Source: Candidatus Omnitrophota bacterium (GTDB lineage: Bacteria > Omnitrophota > Omnitrophia > Omnitrophales > JACROU01). From it: a DNA stretch of 64,000 nt. The first letter of the stretch is position 1, and each line of letters starts with the position of its first letter. The notes under the pieces are model-generated. The model saw only the letters and a program-made list of their open reading frames with translations, did not search any database and was not told the DNA's origin. The translations under genes were made by a program, and so were the position numbers. Location: NCBI GenBank assembly GCA_029261035.1, contig JAJDCD010000023.1:365126-429125 (forward strand), read 5' to 3'. Positions 48,328-56,091 of this stretch are shown in pieces.

Positions 48328-48762
48328 GCAAAAAGAAAATGAGTTATGTTATGGTGAGGCAGCTCTTTCGCACCTGTCTTGTCATATGGTATTATTTTAT
48401 TAGAGGTGTTGACCGGATGAAATTACATTTGCCGTGGCATATAAATGGGCTTCAGGTGGTGTTTATGGTTCTTTGGTCCGTGCTTATGATTTACCTTGTT
48501 GTAGCATTATTTGGGCTTATGGTTTATGACTTTACAGTGAGATAATATTTAAGAACCCCCGCCATTTAGCGTTTTACTTTTTCTTTTTGTCTACTCATAG
48601 TGTCTCTCCACAAAAAATTGTGGATAACCTCATATGGTATGTTTTCCCCAAAAAACAAAGTTTTTTTAAAAGATATATAAACTTCATTGTATGAGAGACG
48701 ATAACGAAATCAATATCTCTAGAAGTGTAATTTTCTAGGATGAATTTTGCAAGGAGGCAAAA

Positions 48763-51700
48763 TTGAAGAAGACCCTGGTACTTAGTTTAGTTATTTCTAT
48801 AGGGTTACAAGGCTTTGCTCCTCAAGGAGGAGGGGCAGAACCTATTTCTGTAACACCTTTAAATCAAGATGCGATTCGTGTGCCCGCACACATGGGAAAA
48901 ATATCTAGAACCTTTCTTTTTTCTGAAGAATTTCAGAACTCCAATACAAGTAAATCTGTTTTTGTTTCTACACAAAAGAAAAAACCAATGGTTATTTTAA
49001 TTGCCGATGCGCATGCAAGTATTGGAATTCAAAGTAAAATTGCAGAAGCGATGGAATATTTTTCTAAAGAGTATGGATTGAAGGATGTTTATGTTGAAGG
49101 TGCTGATCAAAAAATCGACCTTGATTTCTATCGGTCTTTTCCGGATAAAGAAGTGCTTAGAAAAGTAGCCCGCATGTGGTTTTATCAAAGAAAACTTTCA
49201 GGCCCAGAATACAAAGCTATTATTTCAGAAAGAGAATTTAACCTGCAAGGAATCGAAGAACTCGCTTTATACGAACAGAACAAAGAAGCAGCTCTTTGGA
49301 CTTTAAAACATAGAAAAGAATTAATTTCAAAAATTAAAAAAATGGCAGAAGACTTGTCCGAACTTCAAGAAAAATATTATTCAAAAAAAATGATTCAGTT
49401 TGAAAAAGAGTTGAAGAGAATAAAAAAAGGATTTTCTCCTAGCGATACGATGATTCAGCAATTTTTGTTTCAATTAAACAAACCTCTGACGGAAGAAAGT
49501 CAGCCGGGAGAAGTGATAAAAAATTGGTTTCGCTTTTTAAGAACATTGAATCCTGGTTTTGTTGAAACGAAGGAAGAAAGTATCTTAAATTACTATTCTG
49601 GATTGCTGGAGCTTTTAAATCAGCTTGTTTCTTTAGAGTTAACCCGCAATAGTTGGCAAGCGCTTGAAGGGGCCTTGCTGCAATTAGATGAAATCGAATT
49701 TCTCTCTAAGGAGTTTACACGAGATGCATCTTCATTGATTGTTTCTATTGAAGATTTTGTGAGACAAATCAGAGAGCCTTTGCGTTTTTATCGTTTAGCA
49801 GAAACTAGAGACGAAATGTTATTCAAAAATTTAAAAGCCTTATTAAAGCCAGGGGAAATGTCTTGGGTTATTGTCGGTGGATTCCATTTAGACGGTATGA
49901 TGCAGCGTATGAAAAAAGATCGAATTCCTTATCTTGTTTTTACCCCTTCCTTGAAGCAGGTTGAAAAGAACTCGGTTAAGTTTTATCGAAATCTTTTAGG
50001 AGAAGAGAATAAGCAAAATATTTTTGCAACTCTTCAATTGTATTCTCGTCTATTGCGTCCGGATACGCGCCTTGAATTTATCAAGCAGTTGATTACTTCA
50101 ACATCAAATCGTTTTCCAGACATTCGATCATGGTTATGGAGAAATGGCTTCTCATCCCTGGGAGAACCTCTAGATCAAGAATTGGCACGTAGATTGTTTC
50201 AAGCAGAAATTGTTGGCCCTGAAGAAACTGAGTTGGTATTTCGAGATGTGAATCAAATGATGTTTGAGGCGGCTAGTTTGGGTAATAATAATGCGGATGA
50301 TTGGATGGGTGATTCGAGAGATGATTATTGGAATGAAATGGAAGTTCCCAAGTGGGAAGCATCCCCAAATCCATTAGATGAGAAGGACTCTGATGTTGTA
50401 GATAGGAGTGAAACTGTATCTTTATCATCATCTTCTTCTAAAATTCAATCTAGAATTAGAGCTTCGAGCCCCATGCTTATTTCTCGAGGGATTCAACAAG
50501 AATTAAATAAGATGCAAGCAGTGGAAGAAAAGAAACTATTCCTGAAGGAATTGGTCCAAGTTTATGCTTCGTTGACAGACTCTCATGAGCGCTACAAATT
50601 AAAAGAAGCATTTTCGATGATTCTTGATGTCGAGTTGCTTCATGATTGGACTTCTCTTTTTGGCATTGATGATATTCAACTTCGATCTGCTGCTATTGTT
50701 CTTTACGATAGCGTTTTATCTAAAAAGAAAACTCGGCTCTCAACAAGAGAGGATTCTTATATTTCTATTTATATTGGATTAAGAGGTTTGGCAGGGGATA
50801 GCAAAGTGGATGAAGGTTTGCTTTCTATTTTAGCGCCTTCTCTTTTAAGTGAGAATGCCTATACCCGAAGTCTGGTATGGGATGTTTTTCGAAACTCTGG
50901 AACTTCTTCAGAAAGAATCGATCTAGTCATTGGAGACTTACAGGCATTTTATAAAAGACCGGCTGAAAAGAAAAAAATCAGTGCGATTCAACAATTTTTG
51001 ATTTTAAAAGGAGAGCAACAAAAAGAACCTCTCAGCCGTAGATTAAAAGCTGTGATTGATTTAGGTGTGTTAATGACACAACAACCCTTATTAAGAGACT
51101 TGCAAACAAGTGCGGATGACTTCTCAAGACAGTTTGTTTTGTGGGAAGCGGCACGCGAACCCAACTTAGATTCAGAACTGATTGGGATTGTCTTCCCGGG
51201 TATTTCGGATCCGGATCCTATGATTCGATATTTAGCGTTAAAAATTTTGATTCGTAATCAAATTTCTTCGGAAGAATTTTTGGAGTATTTAAATCAAGCG
51301 TTGGTAACTTACCAAGAGTATAAACAAATTACGCTCCTTCTCAACCGCCTTAAAAAAGAATTAGAACCTATTTGGGAACGCTTACTACAAGTTTACTCCT
51401 TGGTAGATGCAAATGTGTTTTTATCTCTTGTACAGCAATTTGAAAGTGTTGTAAGAGATGCTTCCGTGATTGAATCAAAGGTTGAAATCAGCGATCTTAA
51501 GGCTCTAAACCAAAAACAAACAGCACTTAGGGCTATTCAGCTTTTAATTAAAAAAGCTTCTGAAGGAACACGTCCTGCACGGTTTGTTTTGCCCGGCGAC
51601 AGTGAGCTGTTAGAATCAGCACAAATCAAACGTATTAAACAAAGTGCTTTGCGTCTTGTAAAAAGTGAAGAAGGCACAGAAGTTTTTTATGCATCTACTA

Positions 51701-52473
51701 TTTATATTTTGTCTGTGGCGGCGAGTTTAGGAGAGTTGCAACCGGATACGATTGTGTTAGAAAATTTTAGAAAAGCACAACAAAGAGTAGCCCCTGTTAT
51801 GCGCGCTTTATCTGCAACTGATCCTGGTTGGAATACGTATATGCGTCATCGAGACAAAATTTTATCTGGAATTCATTCTCGATTTTCTCAAAGGAAGGGA
51901 AATGTGATTTTGTCTTTGGGAGAGATTCCTCAAGATCCCGAAAATCTACTGACCTTATTAAAAGAGATTGAAGGAAACGTTCGCCTTGTTGTTGTTCGAT
52001 CTGAAGGAGAAGAAAGTTTAGTGAAACAATATTCTAAAAAGAATTCATTATCCACACAAAATCACGCCGACTTGTTAAGGCTGTTAGGGGATACGCGTGT
52101 TGTTGTTGAGCAAGAGGGTAGTTTCTCGAATGTAGCTCAAGATTTGTTGGGTACTTATCTTAAAGAAACGGGCATTGCTCTTGTTTCTAGAGATGAATAT
52201 ATTGATCAATCGCTGATTAATTTAGAGAGAGTTGTTTTATACCAAGGAAAAAAATTAACACAATTAGGACTGGATGAATATATGGAGCTCTTAAAGTTGG
52301 TGAGCTATGTTGGTCTTTCCAAAAACGAAACAGAACTTTTAGTTTCGGTTCAAGATTTCGCGCCATTTGGTTTTTTTCAATCAGGTCCTTTAACTATTGT
52401 GGAACTTCAGAACTTCTTAGCCGCACTTGATTTCGATCAAGACCTCGGCCGCATCTTCCAAACCGCTGCGTAG
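48763..52473 (+). CDS. Secreted 1236-aa protein: N-terminal Tiki/TraB/GumN/ChaN-like domain (paralog 2) plus a ~780-aa uncharacterised alpha-helical C-terminal region
   Basis: It starts on TTG with AAGGAGG upstream and has a signal peptide. The N-terminal motifs are VILIADAHAS…YVEGADQ…KLSGPEYKAI and the C-terminal motif is TRDEMLF…WVIVGGFHLDGMM…IPYLVF, all aligned with the 40590-42083 protein. The remaining C-terminal region is Leu-rich and helical. Confidence 0.55.
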   Translation: MKKTLVLSLVISIGLQGFAPQGGGAEPISVTPLNQDAIRVPAHMGKISRTFLFSEEFQNSNTSKSVFVSTQKKKPMVILIADAHASIGIQSKIAEAMEYFSKEYGLKDVYVEGADQKIDLDFYRSFPDKEVLRKVARMWFYQRKLSGPEYKAIISEREFNLQGIEELALYEQNKEAALWTLKHRKELISKIKKMAEDLSELQEKYYSKKMIQFEKELKRIKKGFSPSDTMIQQFLFQLNKPLTEESQPGEVIKNWFRFLRTLNPGFVETKEESILNYYSGLLELLNQLVSLELTRNSWQALEGALLQLDEIEFLSKEFTRDASSLIVSIEDFVRQIREPLRFYRLAETRDEMLFKNLKALLKPGEMSWVIVGGFHLDGMMQRMKKDRIPYLVFTPSLKQVEKNSVKFYRNLLGEENKQNIFATLQLYSRLLRPDTRLEFIKQLITSTSNRFPDIRSWLWRNGFSSLGEPLDQELARRLFQAEIVGPEETELVFRDVNQMMFEAASLGNNNADDWMGDSRDDYWNEMEVPKWEASPNPLDEKDSDVVDRSETVSLSSSSSKIQSRIRASSPMLISRGIQQELNKMQAVEEKKLFLKELVQVYASLTDSHERYKLKEAFSMILDVELLHDWTSLFGIDDIQLRSAAIVLYDSVLSKKKTRLSTREDSYISIYIGLRGLAGDSKVDEGLLSILAPSLLSENAYTRSLVWDVFRNSGTSSERIDLVIGDLQAFYKRPAEKKKISAIQQFLILKGEQQKEPLSRRLKAVIDLGVLMTQQPLLRDLQTSADDFSRQFVLWEAAREPNLDSELIGIVFPGISDPDPMIRYLALKILIRNQISSEEFLEYLNQALVTYQEYKQITLLLNRLKKELEPIWERLLQVYSLVDANVFLSLVQQFESVVRDASVIESKVEISDLKALNQKQTALRAIQLLIKKASEGTRPARFVLPGDSELLESAQIKRIKQSALRLVKSEEGTEVFYASTIYILSVAASLGELQPDTIVLENFRKAQQRVAPVMRALSATDPGWNTYMRHRDKILSGIHSRFSQRKGNVILSLGEIPQDPENLLTLLKEIEGNVRLVVVRSEGEESLVKQYSKKNSLSTQNHADLLRLLGDTRVVVEQEGSFSNVAQDLLGTYLKETGIALVSRDEYIDQSLINLERVVLYQGKKLTQLGLDEYMELLKLVSYVGLSKNETELLVSVQDFAPFGFFQSGPLTIVELQNFLAALDFDQDLGRIFQTAA

Positions 52474-52495
52474 TCTGCATTGAGGGTATTATTAA

Positions 52496-52529
52496 GGGAC
52501 AGTCCCAATTTGGGACAGTCCCTTTTTTT
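52496..52529 (+). terminator. Rho-independent terminator built from a GGGACAGTCCC-aattt-GGGACAGTCCC double dyad plus T7
   Basis: It lies 22 nt after the stop of the 1236-aa gene. The GC-rich hairpin is followed by TTTTTTT. Confidence 0.7.
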
Positions 52530-52538
52530 ATGCGAGAA

Positions 52539-52623
52539 AGGAGAGGAAGGGATTCGAACCCCCGGTCCCGTGAGGGACAACAGTTTTCGAAACTGCCGCC
52601 TTCGACCACTCAGCCACCTCTCC
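52539..52623 (-). tRNA. tRNA-Ser (anticodon CGA)
   Basis: The cloverleaf folds by hand. The acceptor is GGAGAGG/CCUCUCC, the D-arm is Ser-type, the anticodon loop is UUCGAAA, the variable arm is long and the T-arm is GGGGG-TTCGAAT-CCCTT. CCA is not encoded. Confidence 0.75.
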
Positions 52624-52632
52624 ACCCCCAAA

Positions 52633-52736
52633 GTTAGATCTCATATTTTAACGTTAGATTCGTACCTACATAATGTTATTTGGCACTCACAAGTTTAGTA
52701 CCGAGTGTGCCAGGCCCCTCAATGGCCGGCCTGATA
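52633..52736 (-). repeat. ~95-bp intergenic repeat, copy C (reverse orientation)
   Basis: Its reverse complement matches copy A, including the aatctaac-N10-gagatctaac tail. That tail ends 6 nt upstream of the tRNA-Ser 5' end. Confidence 0.6.
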
Positions 52737-52946
52737 CACACATGTAACCATATAAATTCTAACCTATAGCTTGTACGCACATAAAACTATATCACAATGA
52801 ACAAGAATTTTGTGTATCCCCACAAACCAGTGTCCTATAAATAAAATCTTCATTCTTCTGGATATAAAGCCGATAAATAAACGTTGGCTGTCGAAATATA
52901 AAAGGACGTTTATTTTAGATTTAAACCTAGGAAAGGGGTGTTCCTC

Positions 52947-54410
52947 ATGGAAGGAATTATTCAATCATTACAAAAGACATTAGGTGAAACAATTATTCCT
53001 AATGTAGTCGGAGCGCTCGCAATTTTAATTGTGGGTTGGTTGATCGCTGTGGTTATCCGAGCCATTGTAAAAAAGAGTTTAAAGTTCATTGGCTTAAATA
53101 GCAAAATGAATCTTGAAGGCAAAAATAAAATGGACCTGGAGTCTGGAATTGCATCCGGTATGTTTTATATTACGATGTTGGTGGTTTTGCTGGGTGTTCT
53201 AAATGTGCTGAATTTAGAAATTGTTTCAGCTCCAATTCAAGCATTGTTAACGCAGGTCTTTGAATTTGCACCTAGTTTGGTAGCGGGTGTGGTTTTGATT
53301 GTTGTTGCTTGGATTTTTGCAACCGTAGTTAAAACAGTCTTAATCAAAATTCTTGCTGTCAGCGGATTAGATGAAAAATTAAGTTCTGCTGCAGGAATGA
53401 AACCTATGAGTGAAGGGTTAGGACAAGTTTGTTATTGGTTAACGATTCTTTTATTTCTACCGGCTATTTTAGGCGTATTTGAATTGGGTGGTTTGTTAGC
53501 GCCGATTCAATCCATGGTAGATAAGTTGCTTAGTGTGATCCCTAATATTTTTGGTGCTTTGATCATTGGTATCTTGGGTTGGCTCTTAGCTAAGATTTTA
53601 AGAGATATCGTCAGTAACTTACTTGCAGCATTAGCAGCAGATAAGTTGGGCGAGAAAGTCGGCCTGAAAGGCGCTTTGACACTCTCTAAAATTATTGGCC
53701 TCATTGTTTACATCTTTATTTTAATTCCAACGTTGATTGCTTCTTTGGATGCTTTGAGTATTGACGTTATATCCAAACCCGCAACCGATATGTTAAATGC
53801 AGTGATGTCTTCTGTGCCTAACATTATGGCCGGTGTGTTTATTTTATTTATTGCTTACTTCATTGCAAACTTAGTTTCAACTTTAATCACTAAGTTGCTT
53901 GAAGGTGTTGGTTTTGATCATGTACCAGAAAAAATTGGTTTAGGCGGTTTGATTCAGAAAAATTTGAGCCCATCGATTGTTGTGGGAAAACTCATCGTTT
54001 TCTTTACGATGCTGTTTGCAACAGTGGCTGCAGCAAACTTGCTTAACTTTGGTCAAGTCTCAAAACTTGTCAGCACCTTTATCGAATTTGGTGGGCAAGT
54101 TATTTTGGGAACCACCATTATTGCTATTGGTTTATGGTTAGCAAACCTTATTCACGCATCTTTGCTTAGAGCAAGCGATAGCTACTCTCCTTCGATTGCT
54201 GGGATTGTTCGTATTGTAATCTTAGGGCTCGTGTTTGCTATGGGTTTAAGAGCGATGGGTCTTGCGAGTGATATCGTAAACTTGGCTTTTGGTTTAACGC
54301 TAGGTTCTGTGGCTGTAGCGGTTGCTCTTTCTTTTGGATTGGGTGGACGTGAGGCAGCTGGAAAGCAAATGGATTATTGGCTCAGCAAATTAAGACCAAA
54401 AGATAAATAA
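52947..54410 (+). CDS. Integral membrane protein built from repeated 'conserved TM helix' units (MscS-N-terminal-like repeats)
   Basis: It contains about 5 repeats of the form …L..V/I..A/L.ILIVGWL.A…I/L… (e.g. GALAILIVGWLIAVVIRAIV, GVVLIVVAWIFATVVKTVLI, GALIIGILGWLLAKILRDIV). GAAAGGGG precedes the ATG at 52947. Confidence 0.5.
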   Translation: MEGIIQSLQKTLGETIIPNVVGALAILIVGWLIAVVIRAIVKKSLKFIGLNSKMNLEGKNKMDLESGIASGMFYITMLVVLLGVLNVLNLEIVSAPIQALLTQVFEFAPSLVAGVVLIVVAWIFATVVKTVLIKILAVSGLDEKLSSAAGMKPMSEGLGQVCYWLTILLFLPAILGVFELGGLLAPIQSMVDKLLSVIPNIFGALIIGILGWLLAKILRDIVSNLLAALAADKLGEKVGLKGALTLSKIIGLIVYIFILIPTLIASLDALSIDVISKPATDMLNAVMSSVPNIMAGVFILFIAYFIANLVSTLITKLLEGVGFDHVPEKIGLGGLIQKNLSPSIVVGKLIVFFTMLFATVAAANLLNFGQVSKLVSTFIEFGGQVILGTTIIAIGLWLANLIHASLLRASDSYSPSIAGIVRIVILGLVFAMGLRAMGLASDIVNLAFGLTLGSVAVAVALSFGLGGREAAGKQMDYWLSKLRPKDK

Positions 54411-54633
54411 ACTTCTTTTGTCCGTCGGCGAATTTTGTTCGTCGACGGACCTTCCAAAAAGCATTACAATACCCTCTAAATCTGAATCGAAATTGAGGAC
54501 ATGGATTTTTGGAACTGTTGCGAGAGAAGCAACTGTGCCAAAAATGCGTGTCCCCTAAGCAAAAGGCAAGCTGTACCCTTTAAAACGCTTCACCCAAATT
54601 TTATAAACCAGTTTATTACCGCATGGAACACAC

Positions 54634-55233
54634 ATGGAACTATTAGCGACATTAGGTTTTCTTTTAGGAAGTACTTGGGCTGCCGGAGTTAATTTGTATC
54701 TAACAGCAGCATGCTTGGGTTTGGCTCATCGGTTTGGTTGGATTGTATTGCCGGGGGATCTTGAGGTTCTTTCAGACCCATTAATTATCTTACTGGCCGT
54801 ACTTATTTATGCTATTGAGTTTATAGCCGACAAAGTGCCTTACGTAGATTCTGCGTGGGACTCGGTTCATACGTTTGTTCGTCCTGCGGGTGGGGCCATG
54901 TTGGCCTATATGGCTATGCCTGAAGCAGATCCTATTGTAAAAACAGCCTTTGCAATGGTCGGGGGAGCGATTGCTTTAGATTCCCATTTGGTGAAGTCAG
55001 GAACCCGTGTGGCCATTAATGCCTCTCCGGAACCCGTTACCAATATCATGGCGTCCGTCACAGAAGATGTATCCGTGATTGGTGCGATTTGGTTAATTAT
55101 CCAGTACCCAATTATTATTTCAACCTTAGTGATTCTGTTTATTATTTTCTCTATCTGGGTTATCCCAAAACTATTTGGCTTAATTAAAAAAGGCTTCCAG
55201 AAAATTTTTGGGAAAAATAAAGTTGACAGCTAA
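54634..55233 (+). CDS. DUF4126-like integral membrane protein
   Basis: It has 4-5 TM helices. The N-terminus MELLATLGFLLGSTWAAGVNLYLTAA is typical of DUF4126. Confidence 0.45.
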   Translation: MELLATLGFLLGSTWAAGVNLYLTAACLGLAHRFGWIVLPGDLEVLSDPLIILLAVLIYAIEFIADKVPYVDSAWDSVHTFVRPAGGAMLAYMAMPEADPIVKTAFAMVGGAIALDSHLVKSGTRVAINASPEPVTNIMASVTEDVSVIGAIWLIIQYPIIISTLVILFIIFSIWVIPKLFGLIKKGFQKIFGKNKVDS

Positions 55234-55242
55234 TCTGAAAAA

Positions 55243-55506
55243 ATGTCTCGAAAAGACAGGGAAACCAGATGCCCTGTAGAGAAATCAATTGAGTGTTGGT
55301 CTGATGGTTTCTTTCAAGCAATGAAAGAAGTTCAGGTGGATATCCTTCAAGAAAAGATCAAAAAATCTTGGGAACCTAAAATGGACAAAGTGGCAGACGC
55401 TGTTCTTGAATCTATGGGTGTTTATTGGGAAGTCACGCTGAAGCATGCAAAATCTCAATGCGACCTCAGAGAAAAAGTAAAAAATATTTTCTGTGAAGAA
55501 AAATAA
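55243..55506 (+). CDS. Hypothetical 87-aa protein
   Basis: It has an ORF with reasonable codon usage and no recognisable family. Confidence 0.35.
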   Translation: MSRKDRETRCPVEKSIECWSDGFFQAMKEVQVDILQEKIKKSWEPKMDKVADAVLESMGVYWEVTLKHAKSQCDLREKVKNIFCEEK

Positions 55507-55610
55507 GCTTAATAAGGGAGCAGCCCCTACATTGTCATCCCGGGCTTGACCCGGGATCCAGTGTCTTTGTATTATGATTACTGTCACATAACGAAAGATA
55601 AGACACAACT

Positions 55611-55925
55611 ATGAACACATCATCCTTTAAAGATTTTATTTTAGATCAACTCAACTCTCTTTCAGAGCTCCGTTGCCAGCGTATGTTTGGTGGCTATGCT
55701 CTTTATAGCCAGGATTTATTTTTTGCTATTCTTGCTCGAGAAAGACTCTATTTCAAAACAAACTCAGAGACCAAAGCGGATTACGTGGATAAGGGGATGG
55801 CCCCCTTTAAAGCCAGCGCAAAACAGACCTTAAAAAACTACTACGAAGTGCCTGTCGAGGTTATAGAGGACTCCGAGGAACTATGCTCCTGGGCCCAAAA
55901 GGCACTCCTAGTAGCCTCTGAATAA
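55611..55925 (+). CDS. TfoX N-terminal domain protein (Sxy/TfoX-like competence-regulator N-domain only)
   Basis: The LRCQRMFGGYALY motif is characteristic of the TfoX_N domain. The protein is 104 aa. Confidence 0.65.
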   Translation: MNTSSFKDFILDQLNSLSELRCQRMFGGYALYSQDLFFAILARERLYFKTNSETKADYVDKGMAPFKASAKQTLKNYYEVPVEVIEDSEELCSWAQKALLVASE

Positions 55926-56015
55926 CTACCCCCTTCTTAAAGTGCCAGGCCATTCAAGCCTGCAAGCTTGAATGGCCTGGCACTTTAAGACAATTTTGTG
56001 GTGAATGGCCTGGCA
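55926..56015. repeat. Perfect palindrome with 21-bp arms plus an extra tandem copy of one arm
   Basis: The arms are aaagtgccaggccattcaagc / gcttgaatggcctggcacttt around a 7-nt loop. A further copy, gaatggcctggcacttt, lies 20 nt downstream. Confidence 0.7.
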
Positions 56016-56091
56016 CTTTGGGGGAATTCCCTGGTTTTCTCCTGATTCAAACGTGCTATAATGCGTGCCTCAAATTAATAAGGAGAAGCGC

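Noticed and set aside
48339-48545. 68-aa ORF after the pilin block
   Set aside because: It has no RBS and is largely hydrophobic with Trp/Tyr clusters. It could be a tiny membrane protein, but the support is insufficient.
52394-52698. ORFs 52394-52609 (minus), 52437-52631 (minus) and 52480-52698 (plus)
   Set aside because: They overlap the terminator and the tRNA-Ser gene.
54501-54692. 63-aa ORF upstream of the DUF4126 gene
   Set aside because: It overlaps the start of the better-supported 54634-55233 gene in another frame and has no RBS.
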